DNA of 64,000 nucleotides, from assembly GCA_900540495.1 (NCBI GenBank), contig UQGA01000010.1, forward strand, positions 20-64,019. The letters run 5' to 3'. How positions within the stretch are numbered: the first letter of the stretch is position 1; every line of letters begins with the position of its first letter. The notes under the pieces are model-generated. The model ran no database searches. It was not told the DNA's origin and worked only from the letters and a program-made list of their open reading frames with translations. Below are positions 1 through 10,098 of this stretch, one piece after another. This stretch comes from an uncultured Eubacteriales bacterium (lineage in GTDB: Bacteria; Bacillota; Clostridia; Christensenellales; CAG-138). Position numbers and translations under genes: made by a program.

Positions 1-13
1 GGGTTTTGTGCGG

Positions 14-1540
14 TCATTCCCACTCGATCGTGCCGGGAGGTTTACTGGTGATGTCGTAGACGACGCGATTGACGTGCGGGACCTCGGCGATGATGCGTTC
101 GCTGATGCGGCGCAGCAGCGAATACGGCAGCTCCGCCCACTCTACGGTCATGGCATCGGTTGAGGCGACGGCGCGCACGCCAATGGCGTAATCATAGGTG
201 CGCAAATCGCCCATGACGCCCACGCTGCGCACGCCGGTAAAGACGGTAAAGTATTGCCAGATCTGGTCAGAAAGGCCGGCACGGCAGATCTCCTCGCGCA
301 AAATCGCATCGCTGCGGCGCAAAATATGCAACTTCTCCTCGGTGACCTCTCCCAACACGCGGACGGCAAGGCCGGGGCCCGGGAACGGCTGTCGCCACAC
401 AAGCTCATGGGCAATGCCCAGGTGTTCTCCAAGCGCGCGGACTTCGTCCTTGAAGAGCATGCGCAACGGCTCTAACAGCCCCTTGAACGCCAGATTCTTC
501 GGCAGACCGCCGACATTGTGATGGCTCTTGATGGTCGCGACGGTCTCCGTTCCGCTTTCTATCACATCCGGATAAATGGTGCCCTGCAGGAGATAATCCG
601 CACCGCCAATCTTCCCGGCTTCCTCCTCAAAGACGCGAATAAACTCCTCCCCTATGATTCTGCGCTTTTCCTCCGGCTCGAAAACGCCGGCCAGACGATC
701 GAGAAATCGCCTGCGCGCATCGACGGCAACGACGTTGAGCTTAAGTTTATCCCGGTAAAACCCGACGACCTCTTCGGCTTCGTTTTCACGCAACAGACCG
801 TGGTCGACAAAGATGCAGGTCAGCCGGTCGCCCACAGCTCGATGCACCAAAACGCTGGCCACCGAGGAGTCCACGCCGCCCGACAATGCGCCGAGCACGC
901 GCGCATCGCCAACCTGCTGCCGCACTTGCCCAATCAACGCATCGGCGAGTCCGGCAACGCTGTAGGTACAGGCGCAGCCACAGATATTCCGGAGAAAATT
1001 GCGAAAGATCCGGTCGCCCTGCGGCGTGTGCGAAACCTCAGCGTGGAACTGAATGCCATACAGCCGGCGCGTATCGTCGGCAAAGGCGGCGATGGGGCAA
1101 TGTTCCGTAGTCGCAATGGCGTGAAATCCGTTCGGGAGCGCGAGCACGGCGTCGTTGTGCGTCATCCAGACAAACTCGCTGTCAATACCGGCAAACAGTG
1201 GGCTATCCATCCACCGAATGGGCGTCTGGCCGAATTCGCGCACCGGCGCCTCGCCGACCCGACCGCCGAACATCTGCGCCATCAACTGCATCCCATAACA
1301 TACCCCAAGCACCGGCACGCCGAGCGAAAACACGCCAGGATCGCACCTTTTGGCATCCGCCCGGTAGGCGCTGTCCGGCCCACCTGAAAGGATAATGCCG
1401 GAGAGCGCCTCGCCCCGAATGCGCGCCAGCGGCGCATGATACGGCAATAGTTCTGAAAAGACGCCCGCCTCCCGTACGCGACGAACGATGAGCTGGTTAT
1501 ACTGCGCCCCAAAATCGAGGACGACGACCCGTTCAGGCAT
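14..1540 (-). CDS. guaA: GMP synthase (glutamine-hydrolysing)
   Basis: ORF 14..1597. It has a class-I amidotransferase N-terminus ([21 protein letters not shown]), the SGGVDSS ATP-PPase motif and a conserved C-terminal PPGTIEWE. Start trimmed to Met20 (ATG at 1540), which overlaps the xpt stop. Confidence 0.95.
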   Translation of the reverse strand: MPERVVVLDFGAQYNQLIVRRVREAGVFSELLPYHAPLARIRGEALSGIILSGGPDSAYRADAKRCDPGVFSLGVPVLGVCYGMQLMAQMFGGRVGEAPVREFGQTPIRWMDSPLFAGIDSEFVWMTHNDAVLALPNGFHAIATTEHCPIAAFADDTRRLYGIQFHAEVSHTPQGDRIFRNFLRNICGCACTYSVAGLADALIGQVRQQVGDARVLGALSGGVDSSVASVLVHRAVGDRLTCIFVDHGLLRENEAEEVVGFYRDKLKLNVVAVDARRRFLDRLAGVFEPEEKRRIIGEEFIRVFEEEAGKIGGADYLLQGTIYPDVIESGTETVATIKSHHNVGGLPKNLAFKGLLEPLRMLFKDEVRALGEHLGIAHELVWRQPFPGPGLAVRVLGEVTEEKLHILRRSDAILREEICRAGLSDQIWQYFTVFTGVRSVGVMGDLRTYDYAIGVRAVASTDAMTVEWAELPYSLLRRISERIIAEVPHVNRVVYDITSKPPGTIEWE

Positions 1541-2120
1541 CGACGCCCTCTTCGCGGAAGGTGATGCCATTTTCATCGGCAGATTCGATGATGGCAAGGG
1601 ACTTCAAATTGTACCCCGCCTCCCGCAGGGTTTTGCCGCCCGGTTGGAATCCCTTCTCGACGGCTACGCCAATGCCGACGAGCTCCGCGCCGGCCTGCCC
1701 GACAATTTCTACCAGCCCGCGAAGCGCCTCGCCATTGGCAAGGAAATCGTCCACGATGAGCACACGGTCCGCCTTGCCCAGCCACTGGCGCGAGACGAGC
1801 AGGGTTACCTTTTTCTTATACGTATAGGAAAAAATCTCGCTTTGGTACAGGCCGCCTTCGATATTATCCGACTTCGCTTTTTTGGCGAACACCATCGGCA
1901 CGCCAAACTCCTCGGCACAGATCGTGGCAAGGGGGATGCCGCTTGCCTCGACGGTCAGCACGGCGGTCAGCCCCTCCACGGGGAACAGCCGCTTGAACTC
2001 CCGAGCAATTTCACGCAACAGGGCCGTGTCCACGCGATGGTTTAGAAACCCATCGACCTTAATGATGTTGCCGGGGAGCACCTTCCCCTCCCGTCGAATC
2101 CGTTCCTGCAGCAGGCGCAT
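1533..2120 (-). CDS. xpt: xanthine phosphoribosyltransferase
   Basis: 195-aa ORF. The N-terminus [31 protein letters not shown] and PRPP loop [13 protein letters not shown] are typical of Xpt. RBS AAAGGAGA lies upstream. Confidence 0.9.
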   Translation of the reverse strand: MRLLQERIRREGKVLPGNIIKVDGFLNHRVDTALLREIAREFKRLFPVEGLTAVLTVEASGIPLATICAEEFGVPMVFAKKAKSDNIEGGLYQSEIFSYTYKKKVTLLVSRQWLGKADRVLIVDDFLANGEALRGLVEIVGQAGAELVGIGVAVEKGFQPGGKTLREAGYNLKSLAIIESADENGITFREEGVDA

Positions 2121-2174
2121 GCGCTTCGTTTCTCCTTTCGTCTTTCCCTGACATAATATTGTATATTATCGCGC

Positions 2175-2203
2175 ATCTTTCCGCCAGAATCAAGTAGAAG
2201 ATA
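2175..2203 (-). promoter_or_regulatory. candidate sigma-A promoter of xpt-guaA
   Basis: On the minus strand, TTGATT, a 17-nt spacer, then GATAAT, about 55 nt upstream of the xpt ATG. Confidence 0.45.
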
Positions 2204-2271
2204 GAATTTCCCGCTTACGGCATCGGAAGGCGGTAAGCGCAGGAATGCGCGCAAAACGGCGAAAGTTTCGC

Positions 2272-2300
2272 TTGCATTTGGCCTGCGCATGTGTTAGAAT
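2272..2300 (+). promoter_or_regulatory. candidate sigma-A promoter of rpsT
   Basis: TTGCAT (2272-2277), a 17-nt spacer, then TAGAAT (2295-2300) with an upstream TGn extended -10 element. Confidence 0.5.
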
Positions 2301-2345
2301 GATCGTCGGTAAAAATTTGTATTCTGCACACAGGGGGTGAATGAT

Positions 2346-2609
2346 TTGGCAAACATCAAGTCCGCCATGAAGCGGGTCAAGGTGACTGAGAAGCAGAACC
2401 TGCGCAACCGCATGGTCAAGTCTGCGCTCAAGACCTCCATCCGCCGCTATGACGAGGCGCTGCAGTCCGGCGATCAGGCCGCGGCCGAAAAGGCGTATGT
2501 GAACGCCGTGAGCACGGTCGATAAAGCTGCCGCCAAGGGCGTGATCCACAAGAACGCCGCCAGCCGCAAAAAGGCGCAGTTGGCCGTCAAGCGTGCGCAG
2601 GCGATCTGA
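2346..2609 (+). CDS. rpsT: 30S ribosomal protein S20
   Basis: ORF 2337..2609. ANIKSAMKRVKVTEKQNLRN matches the S20 N-terminus. The likely start is TTG at 2346, 8 nt after AGGGGG; GTG at 2337 is an alternative. Confidence 0.9.
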   Translation: MANIKSAMKRVKVTEKQNLRNRMVKSALKTSIRRYDEALQSGDQAAAEKAYVNAVSTVDKAAAKGVIHKNAASRKKAQLAVKRAQAI

Positions 2610-2643
2610 CCCCTCTAACATAACGACCCTTTCTGCGATCAGC

Positions 2644-2682
2644 GGGCGAAAGACAAAACGTTTTTCGCCCGTTGTCTTTGTC
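2644..2682 (+). terminator. putative rho-independent terminator after rpsT
   Basis: GGGCGAAA (2644-2651) pairs with TTTCGCCC (2663-2670) and is followed by GTTGTCTTTG. An alternative AAAGACAA/TTGTCTTT pairing also exists. Confidence 0.45.
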
Positions 2683-2850
2683 CTTCGACTTTCTCGCCCA
2701 TTGCGCTACTTCTTTTTCCATCGCATTTCCCATAGCCGGCCTTTTCGTGCGCCGCATCCGCCAGGGCCGCGCCCGAACAGGTGCATTTTTTGAAACGCGC
2801 GCTTGCTTTCGCGCGTTAAAGCGTATACAATAGAAAGCGAGGTGAAGCAC

Positions 2851-3156
2851 ATGGCAGACTATGAATCCCGCCTACGAGCGCCCGACCTGGACGCATTGTT
2901 CGACGCGGTGCTGCTGTTGCGGGACAGAAGCGAATGTTATCGCTTTTTTGAGGATGTTTGCACGATATCCGAGCTCAAATCCATCGCGCAGCGGTTCGAT
3001 GTCGCCAAGAAACTCGATGAAGGCGTAACCTATCAGGAGATCTCCCAACAGCTCGGCGCATCCACGGCCACCATCAGCCGCGTAAACCGTGCGCTTGCCT
3101 ACGGCGCAGGCGGCTACCGTCTGCTGCTCGACCGCATCCGGACAGGGAAGGATTGA
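2851..3156 (+). CDS. YerC/YecD family TrpR-like protein
   Basis: ORF 2803..3156 trimmed to ATG 2851 after GAGGTG. CYRFFEDVCTISELKSIAQRFDVAKKL and ATISRVNRAL are characteristic of the TrpR-related YerC/YecD family. Confidence 0.8.
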   Translation: MADYESRLRAPDLDALFDAVLLLRDRSECYRFFEDVCTISELKSIAQRFDVAKKLDEGVTYQEISQQLGASTATISRVNRALAYGAGGYRLLLDRIRTGKD

Positions 3157-3160
3157 TCCT

Positions 3161-4861
3161 ATGGCCATGGATGGGCTGGCGCTGCATGCCGTTCGTTTTG
3201 AAATGCTTCCGCTCATCGGCGGCAGAATTGAACGGGTACAGCAGCCGGATCGGGATGCGCTGCTGCTGACGGTGCGGCAGAACGGCCGGAACCACCGCCT
3301 GCTGCTTTCCGCCCATGCAGAAAACGGGCGCGTACAGCTTACGAGCCAGTCGCCGCCGAACCCGCCGGAGCCTCCGATGTTCTGCATGTTGCTCAGGCGA
3401 CGTCTTATCGGGGGAAAAATCATCGGCATCGAGCAGCGCGGGCTCGACCGGGTGCTCACGCTCGTAGTTGAGGCGTATGACGAGCTGGGCGATCTCACGG
3501 CGCTCCGGCTCGTGATCGAGCTGATGGGCAAACACTCCAACATCATCCTCGTACAGGCGGACAATACGGTGGCGGACTGCATTCGGCATGTGGGCCCGCA
3601 AATGTCGTCCGTACGCACGCTGCTGCCCGGCGTAGAGTTTCACGAAGCGCCTGCGCAGGACAAGCAAAATCCGCTGTTCGCACAGGCAACGGATTTTGAT
3701 GCAGCGCTTTCGGCCCCGAACCCTGTCAAAGCGCTGGCAGACCGGTATCAGGGCCTTTCGCGCGCAACGCTGCAGGCGCTGTTATCGAACGATACCGATG
3801 GCGCCGCCCTGCAACTGCGCATGCGGGCGTTTTCGGAGGGCGTATTCTCTCCCACCCTTGTGGAAAACATGTTTGGCGAGCCGGTGGCGGTATACCCGTT
3901 TGTGCCAATCGATACGGGGATGACGTCGATCCGGTGCGAGAGCATGTCGGCCGCATATGACCAGTTTTACCAAAAGCGGGATATGCTGGTGCGCATCGCG
4001 CGCCAGAGCGCACAGCTTCGGCGAACGCTTGAGTGCGCACTCGGACGGGCCGAGCACAAGCTGGCCGCCTATCGGGAGACAATCGAGAATGAGGAAAAGT
4101 GCGAACGGCTACGGCTTTACGGCGAACTCATCACGGCAAACCTGCACGCCATCCGGCGCGGCCAGACCGTATTGCATGCCGAAAACTACTATCTGGATCC
4201 GCCAGAACGGTGCGCCATTCCTCTCGACCCGCTGCTTGGTGGCAGCGAAAATGCGCAGTGCTACTTTAAGCAGTATCGCAAAGGCCGCAAGGCACGCGCC
4301 TATGCGGAAGCCCAGCTTGCACAGGTGGAAGCGGAAGCCGCCTATCTGGAAGGGCAGCTCGACAATCTTGGCAAATGCGACGAGCTTGCCGACCTGGAGG
4401 AGATCCGCGAGGAACTTGCGCGCGAGGGATATGTGAAGCCGGAGCGGCGCGGCGTAAATCGCCGGCATGCTGAATCGCACCCCATGCGTTTCCTGTCGCC
4501 GGATGGGATCTGGCTCTTTGTCGGCAAGAACAACCGCCAAAACGATGCGTTGACGATGCGCGCAGGCGGCGACCAATACTGGCTGCATGTAAAAAACATC
4601 CCGGGGTCGCATGTCATCGTGGATCTGGCGGGCGAGCCGCCGCCGGACACGCTGTACGCCGCAGCACAGCTGGCAGCTTACTACAGCAAGGCAAGGCTGA
4701 GCGCCTCCGTGCCGGTAGATTATACGCCGCGTCGATTTGTCAAAAAGCCCTCCGGCGCGCGCGCCGGTATGGTCATCTATACCACAAACCGCACACTGTA
4801 CGTTACGCCCGACGAGACATATGTGCGAACGCTCAAACGGGAGGTCATTGCACCGAAATGA
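3161..4861 (+). CDS. rqcH: NFACT-family ribosome quality control protein (RqcH / FbpA-like)
   Basis: ORF 3089..4861 trimmed to ATG 3161 (MAMDGLALHAV...). It has the N-terminal NFACT-N pattern and the C-terminal DQYWLHVKNIPGSHVIV NFACT-R motif. Confidence 0.85.
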   Translation: MAMDGLALHAVRFEMLPLIGGRIERVQQPDRDALLLTVRQNGRNHRLLLSAHAENGRVQLTSQSPPNPPEPPMFCMLLRRRLIGGKIIGIEQRGLDRVLTLVVEAYDELGDLTALRLVIELMGKHSNIILVQADNTVADCIRHVGPQMSSVRTLLPGVEFHEAPAQDKQNPLFAQATDFDAALSAPNPVKALADRYQGLSRATLQALLSNDTDGAALQLRMRAFSEGVFSPTLVENMFGEPVAVYPFVPIDTGMTSIRCESMSAAYDQFYQKRDMLVRIARQSAQLRRTLECALGRAEHKLAAYRETIENEEKCERLRLYGELITANLHAIRRGQTVLHAENYYLDPPERCAIPLDPLLGGSENAQCYFKQYRKGRKARAYAEAQLAQVEAEAAYLEGQLDNLGKCDELADLEEIREELAREGYVKPERRGVNRRHAESHPMRFLSPDGIWLFVGKNNRQNDALTMRAGGDQYWLHVKNIPGSHVIVDLAGEPPPDTLYAAAQLAAYYSKARLSASVPVDYTPRRFVKKPSGARAGMVIYTTNRTLYVTPDETYVRTLKREVIAPK

Positions 4862-5457
4862 AGCTCATCATCGCAACGAACAACGCGCACAAAGCGCGCG
4901 AAATCCGGGAAATCCTGTCCGCAGATTTTTCCGAACTGCACACGCTTGCCGAGGCCGGCCTGACCATCGAGGTCCTTGAGGACGGCGCAACCTTTGCGGA
5001 AAACGCGAAAAAGAAAGCGGAAGCGGTGCTGGCCGCCGCAGCGGGTTATGATGCGGCGCTGGCCGACGACAGCGGGCTGTCGGTCGATGCGCTTGGCGGC
5101 GCGCCCGGCGTGTACAGCGCCCGCTACGCCGGCGAGCAGCACGATGACGCGGCCAACAACCGCAAGCTGATGGCCGATATGGCTGCCGTGCCGGATGCGG
5201 AGCGGACATGTCGGTTCCAGTGCGCAGTGGCGCTCGCGCGGCGCGGACGCCCGACGATAATCGCGCAGGGCGCCTGCGAAGGCATGTTGCTGCGCGCCCC
5301 CCGCGGCGAAAATGGTTTTGGCTACGACCCCTATTTCCTCTATCCGCCCTCCGGACGTTCCTTTGCAGAGCTGCCGGCCGAGGAAAAGAACGCCGTCAGC
5401 CACCGCCGGCGCGCGCTGGAAGCGCTGAAAATGCTGCTGGCAGAGAAGGAAGTGTAA
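4858..5457 (+). CDS. rdgB: dITP/XTP pyrophosphatase (RdgB/HAM1 family)
   Basis: MKLIIATNNAHKAREIREIL, FGYDPYF and SHRRRALEAL are typical of RdgB. The start overlaps the rqcH stop. Confidence 0.9.
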   Translation: MKLIIATNNAHKAREIREILSADFSELHTLAEAGLTIEVLEDGATFAENAKKKAEAVLAAAAGYDAALADDSGLSVDALGGAPGVYSARYAGEQHDDAANNRKLMADMAAVPDAERTCRFQCAVALARRGRPTIIAQGACEGMLLRAPRGENGFGYDPYFLYPPSGRSFAELPAEEKNAVSHRRRALEALKMLLAEKEV

Positions 5458-5461
5458 CACC

Positions 5462-5926
5462 ATGCGCATCGCCGTCTTTTCCGATACCCACGGCCGGTTG
5501 GATCTGCTGCCCGAAGCGCGCGCGCATACCGGCCCGGTGGACGTCATCCTGCACCTGGGCGACTATTGCCGCGACGCGGGAGAGGTGTCTCGCGTATTCG
5601 GCGCGCCTTGTCTCGCAGTGCGCGGCAACTGCGACTTTTGCGTGGACGAGCCGCTCATGCGGATCCTTGAATTCGATGGAGTGCGGCTGCTTTGCATCCA
5701 CGGGCATCTGGTCCCGGATCTGGACGCCCTTTCCTACAAGGCAGAACAGGAGCGCTGCAGCGCAGCGCTCTTTGGCCATACCCATATGCAACTGGTGGAA
5801 AGGCGCGGCAACGTCCTGCTGGTCAACCCCGGCAGCCTGGCCCGTCCCCGCGGCGGGAGCGCGCAGGGGTGCGCGGTGCTCATGATACGGCAGGGCGAAA
5901 TCCAAGCTCAACTCATCTCGCTCTGA
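5462..5926 (+). CDS. YfcE/MJ0936-family metallophosphoesterase
   Basis: MRIAVFSDTHGR, HLGDY, GNCD and GHTH metallophosphoesterase motifs in a 154-aa protein. Confidence 0.8.
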   Translation: MRIAVFSDTHGRLDLLPEARAHTGPVDVILHLGDYCRDAGEVSRVFGAPCLAVRGNCDFCVDEPLMRILEFDGVRLLCIHGHLVPDLDALSYKAEQERCSAALFGHTHMQLVERRGNVLLVNPGSLARPRGGSAQGCAVLMIRQGEIQAQLISL

Positions 5927-6483
5927 TCCTCCGAGGCGTCATCATATACGAGCCCCGAAAACCGCTCGTACTCCGGTAGTTCCGCAAGGGAGTGCAGCCC
6001 GAAACGCCGCAAAAACCGATCTGTCGTACCAAGCAGCACCGGCTTGCCGACCGTATCGCGGCGGCCGACCGCCTCGATCAGGCCGAGTTTTTGCAGCTGG
6101 GATACCGCATACTCGCACCGCACGCCGCGGACGGCTTCGATATCGCCGCGGGTGACCGGCTGGCGGTAGGCAATGATGGCGAGCGTTTCGAGCATGGACT
6201 GGGAAACGTTCCTCGTCCGCTCCGGCTGCAGCAGATCCTCCACATCGTCCACATAGGCGGGGTTGCTGACCAACTGCGCCGTCTCTTCGGTCACGAGCGG
6301 GTAGACGCCGCGTCCCGCCTCGCGCCCCTCGGCTTCCATGTCTGAAAGCAGCTCATGCACCTGCGCAGGGGGAACATTCAGCACGCGCGCGAGCTCCGAC
6401 AACGGTATCGGATCGCCGGCCACAAACAGCATACATTCCAGTCGATGGATCAAACGTTCCTTATCCACGCTGTCCCCCCTCAT
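5908..6483 (-). CDS. scpB: segregation and condensation protein B
   Basis: LECMLFVAGDPIPLSELARVL and IAYRQPVTRGDIEAVRGV are ScpB motifs. The gene lies immediately downstream of scpA. Confidence 0.9.
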   Translation of the reverse strand: MRGDSVDKERLIHRLECMLFVAGDPIPLSELARVLNVPPAQVHELLSDMEAEGREAGRGVYPLVTEETAQLVSNPAYVDDVEDLLQPERTRNVSQSMLETLAIIAYRQPVTRGDIEAVRGVRCEYAVSQLQKLGLIEAVGRRDTVGKPVLLGTTDRFLRRFGLHSLAELPEYERFSGLVYDDASEDQSEMS

Positions 6484-7259
6484 TCCGTAATCTCGTCCAT
6501 ATAGGCGTAATCATCGTCGTCCTCGCCGTCGAGCAGCGCGCCTGCGCGCACGGTGATCGGCGCAAACGGCGTGCGCTGGCGAACATGCACTTCGCCGCGG
6601 GCCAGCATGTCCAGCAGCGCCATGAACGTCACGATCACCTCAAGCTTGTCCGCGCCGGCGTCAAACAACGTTTCAAACGGCACCGGCGCCTCTGCGTCGC
6701 GCAGCCTGTCGCGGATCTTCTGCAGGCAGCCGCGAACCGTATAGCGGTCCGGGCGCACATCGTGCAGTTCATGCAGGCGTGGCGCCTCCTCCCGGCGCTT
6801 GAGCAAAGCAAGCAGCGCACGGTAGAGGCCGTCCTGCGACGCGCCCTCAAGCTCCACCCGCGGCGGCGGCAATGGGATATCCTCCGGTAGGCGCGTAAAG
6901 CTGTCCCGTGCGCTGTCCAGCAGCTCTTGCAAACCGCTGCTGGCCTCCTTAAAGGCCTTATAGGCATGGAGCTGGCGGATGAGCGCCTGTTCCGGGTCCT
7001 CCTGCTCCTCCTCCCCCTCCTCGCGCGGCGGGCGAGGCAGCAGGTGGCGCGACTTGATATACAACAGCGTGGCGGCCATCGTCAAAAACTCGCTGGCCGT
7101 ATCCATATCCAGCTCGTCAAGCTGCTCCATATAGGCCAGGTACTGCTGCGTGATCTCGGAGACAAAGATATCCTTGATATCCAGTTCCGCCCGTCCGATC
7201 AGGTGCAGCAGCAGATCAAGCGGCCCATCAAATTGTCGTATGTGAACGCTGTAAGCCAT
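6480..7259 (-). CDS. scpA: segregation and condensation protein A
   Basis: FDGPLDLLLHLIGRAELDIKDIFVSEITQQYL is the canonical ScpA N-terminus. Confidence 0.9.
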   Translation of the reverse strand: MAYSVHIRQFDGPLDLLLHLIGRAELDIKDIFVSEITQQYLAYMEQLDELDMDTASEFLTMAATLLYIKSRHLLPRPPREEGEEEQEDPEQALIRQLHAYKAFKEASSGLQELLDSARDSFTRLPEDIPLPPPRVELEGASQDGLYRALLALLKRREEAPRLHELHDVRPDRYTVRGCLQKIRDRLRDAEAPVPFETLFDAGADKLEVIVTFMALLDMLARGEVHVRQRTPFAPITVRAGALLDGEDDDDYAYMDEITE

Positions 7260-7270
7260 GACGACACCCG

Positions 7271-7942
7271 TCAGCCCCTGCCCAGAAGGAACAGCGATAC
7301 GCGAACCATCAAATTGCTGATCCAGTTAACCGCAGGGGTCAGGACCTCGGAAACCAGCCCCAGCACCAGGAGGGCAAGCAAAATATAAAAGCCATAGTTC
7401 CGCAAAAAGACACAAAGTTTGCGCAAGCGGCGCATGCACAGGCATTCCAGCACATGGGAACCGTCGAGCGGGTACAGCGGGATGAGATTGAAAATCATCA
7501 ACGACAGATTGATGGTGACGATGGTGTTGAGTATGACAATGATGGCCGGCCGGCTTAGAATTCCCGGTGTCCAGACGAGCAGGGCGGTTTCAATGAATGC
7601 AAACACAAACGCGACAAGAAAGTTCATTGTGATGCCGGCCAGAGAGATCAGGATATCGTCCCGGCGGTAATGCTTCAGGTTGCGCGTGGAAATAGGAACC
7701 GGTTTTGCCCATCCAAACCCAAAAAACAGCAGGCATAGCCCACCGACCGGGTCGAGGTGCGCGAGCGGGTTGAGCGACATACGGCCAAAGTTTTTGGCCG
7801 TCGGATCGCCCAGCTTGTAGGCAACGAAAGCATGCGCCCATTCGTGCACGGTAAGGCCGATGCACAGCCCCGGCAGGCTGAGCACCAGCGTGCGCAGCAT
7901 GGAGACCGGATCACTGAGCCATCCGGACAAGTAACCGAACAT
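7271..7942 (-). CDS. M50-family (site-2 protease type) zinc metalloprotease
   Basis: ORF 7271..7978 trimmed to ATG 7942 after GAGGAGG. HEWAHAFVAYKLGD contains the HExxH motif within a polytopic membrane protein. Confidence 0.75.
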   Translation of the reverse strand: MFGYLSGWLSDPVSMLRTLVLSLPGLCIGLTVHEWAHAFVAYKLGDPTAKNFGRMSLNPLAHLDPVGGLCLLFFGFGWAKPVPISTRNLKHYRRDDILISLAGITMNFLVAFVFAFIETALLVWTPGILSRPAIIVILNTIVTINLSLMIFNLIPLYPLDGSHVLECLCMRRLRKLCVFLRNYGFYILLALLVLGLVSEVLTPAVNWISNLMVRVSLFLLGRG

Positions 7943-8047
7943 ACGGACCTCCTCGCTTTCAGAGCGGCGCAGGCGCAACAGTCCCGTGCAGCGCGCCGTT
8001 AGTAATTTTCATTATACGAGAAAACAGGCGAGGATGCAACTTTTCGT

Positions 8048-9202
8048 TCAAACGCCGGGCGGCAGGCCCAAATAGCCCCTGAAAATCGCGTGCAAAATGT
8101 CCAAAATTCCAAAGGCAGGCACATCGGACGCCGGATACAGCGCCGCTTCGGCGAGCAGGACGCCCTCTGCGTTATAGTAGCTTACCTTTCCCACCGCGGT
8201 ATCAGCCGCCAGGGGAGCCGGGAGCAACGCCGGCGCCTCCGTTTTCGCCTCCGGCAGAGCCTCCGACCGCGGCAACAACAGCGAGATTTCCTCCCGAACG
8301 ACCAGATCGATCGTTCGTACCGTACCATCATCCACGGGCACATCCCTTGCTACGGTATCGCCGGTGCGCAAAAGCGTCTCCACGCGATAGGCGGCAAACC
8401 CGAAGTCGAGCATCGCGGAAGCGGCAGACGCGCGCGTGGAAGGATCTCCGGCGCCGAGCACCACGGCAATGAACGTCGTACCGGACCGGACGGCGGCGAA
8501 CACGCCGCAATATCCATCCGTCGAGGAAGAGCCGGTCAGCAGGCCAACGCATCCGGCATAGGTGCGCACAAGCTGGTTGGCGCTCACCAGCTCCGTCTCG
8601 CGTCCGTCCGCATGCACCAGCCGCTCAAAATACAGGCCGCTATAGCGCAGGAAAGTTTCGCTGCCGACAGCAGCAGCGCCGAGCGTAGCCACATCGCGGG
8701 CGGACAGGACCAGCGAAGAGCCGAGCGCATCCGATACCGCACAGTCGAGGCCCAGCCTCTGCAAGGTAGCGTTGATATTTTCAACGAACACGCTCTCCGA
8801 ACCGAAGGCGCCCTCCCCCAGCGTCATAATCGCATCCCCCGCAGAGATCATGACGGCGGCTTTCATCAGCTCGGCGGCAGCCATCTGTTCGCCGCTTTCC
8901 AAAAACGCCGTCGGGCCGCCGATCCCGGCCGCCCGCGCGCTGACGTGCATCGTTGCGCCGCCATCGATCGCGCCGTTGTCAAAAGCGTCCGCAAGCGTCA
9001 GCAGCGCCGGCAGGCGCGCCAGGCCGGCCACCTGCATGGGTTCGTCGGCGTTTCCCTCGCACAGCACGGCGGCGCCCGTACCATCGGTCAGCACTGCCGC
9101 TGCGACGCCTTCCGGCATCGTCCATGCCACCTCCGCGCGCGCGCCGATCGCCGGCAGGCACATCAGCAACGCGATAAGGACAGGCAACACCCGTCTGCGC
9201 AT
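8048..9202 (-). CDS. D-alanyl-D-alanine carboxypeptidase (S11) homologue with degenerate catalytic motifs
   Basis: Signal peptide plus overall DacB/PBP5*-like layout. The motif positions read GLAR (expected SxxK), SAG (expected SxN) and LTG (expected KTG). Confidence 0.7.
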   Translation of the reverse strand: MRRRVLPVLIALLMCLPAIGARAEVAWTMPEGVAAAVLTDGTGAAVLCEGNADEPMQVAGLARLPALLTLADAFDNGAIDGGATMHVSARAAGIGGPTAFLESGEQMAAAELMKAAVMISAGDAIMTLGEGAFGSESVFVENINATLQRLGLDCAVSDALGSSLVLSARDVATLGAAAVGSETFLRYSGLYFERLVHADGRETELVSANQLVRTYAGCVGLLTGSSSTDGYCGVFAAVRSGTTFIAVVLGAGDPSTRASAASAMLDFGFAAYRVETLLRTGDTVARDVPVDDGTVRTIDLVVREEISLLLPRSEALPEAKTEAPALLPAPLAADTAVGKVSYYNAEGVLLAEAALYPASDVPAFGILDILHAIFRGYLGLPPGV

Positions 9203-9268
9203 AGAAAAACCCCCTTCCAGACACCAGTATATGTCGGGAAGGGGGGAAAGATGCGCGGTGCGCGGCGA

Positions 9269-10096
9269 TCAGAATACGCGCTCGATAACCGTGTCTACGA
9301 GCCGTTCAAGCTGCCGGGATGCAGCGGCTGCCGTTGCCTGCACCTCTTCATGGGCCAAGGGTTGATCGAGAATCCCGGCGGCCATGTTTGTAATCAAGGA
9401 TAGGCCCAGCACGCGCATGCCGCAGTGCGTGGCGGCGATGGCCTCAGGCACGGTCGACATGCCGACAGCATCCGCGCCGAGCAGGCGCGCCATGCGAATC
9501 TCCGCAGGCGTCTCAAAGCAGGGGCCAGTAAACATCATATAAACGCCTTCCGCGAGCGGCACGCCCGCCTCCTCGGCCGCCGCATGCAGCCGTTTGCGCA
9601 GTTCCCTGTCATAAACGTTGCTCTGGTCCGGAAAACGGGGGCCAAATCGCCCGTCATTTGGGCCGATGAGCGGGTTCACGTGCGCATAGTTGATATGGTC
9701 GCTGATGACCATGAGCGTGCCGGGCGAAAAGGACAGATTGACTCCGCCCGCCGCGTTGGTCAGCAGGAGCTTGTCCACGCCGAGCCGCCGCATCGCACGC
9801 ACGCCGAGTGCGAGCCTCGCCGCCGGATGGCCTTCATAGTAATGAAAACGGCCCTGCATTACCAGCACGGTTCTTCCGGCATGCCGCCCTACGACAAAGC
9901 GGCCGGCATGCCCTGCCACGCCGCACACGGGGAATCCCGGGATCTCCTCATACGGCACGGCCCCGATCGGCTCCAGCCGCGCCGCATAGGCGCCAAGCCC
10001 GGAGCCGAGGATCAGGCCAACGTCGCATGCCTCTCCGCACAGCGGTCTGAGCCGTTCCACCGCCGCGTCGAGCACCGCATCGGGGCAGATGTCCAT
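9269..10096 (-). CDS. punA: purine nucleoside phosphorylase (PunA type)
   Basis: ORF 9269..10144 trimmed to ATG 10096 after GGAGG. GSGLG, MQGRFHYYEG and AVGMSTVPE motifs are present. Confidence 0.9.
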   Translation of the reverse strand: MDICPDAVLDAAVERLRPLCGEACDVGLILGSGLGAYAARLEPIGAVPYEEIPGFPVCGVAGHAGRFVVGRHAGRTVLVMQGRFHYYEGHPAARLALGVRAMRRLGVDKLLLTNAAGGVNLSFSPGTLMVISDHINYAHVNPLIGPNDGRFGPRFPDQSNVYDRELRKRLHAAAEEAGVPLAEGVYMMFTGPCFETPAEIRMARLLGADAVGMSTVPEAIAATHCGMRVLGLSLITNMAAGILDQPLAHEEVQATAAAASRQLERLVDTVIERVF

Positions 10097-10098
10097 GG

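Noticed and set aside
2121-2330. A guanine/purine riboswitch was expected upstream of xpt-guaA.
   Set aside because: The minus-strand leader is only about 45 nt from the candidate -10 hexamer to the ATG. It lacks the conserved UAUAAU...UUUCUACC...GACUAUG purine-aptamer elements. Only a 7-bp inverted repeat (CGCTTAC/GTAAGCG) lies between the divergent promoters.
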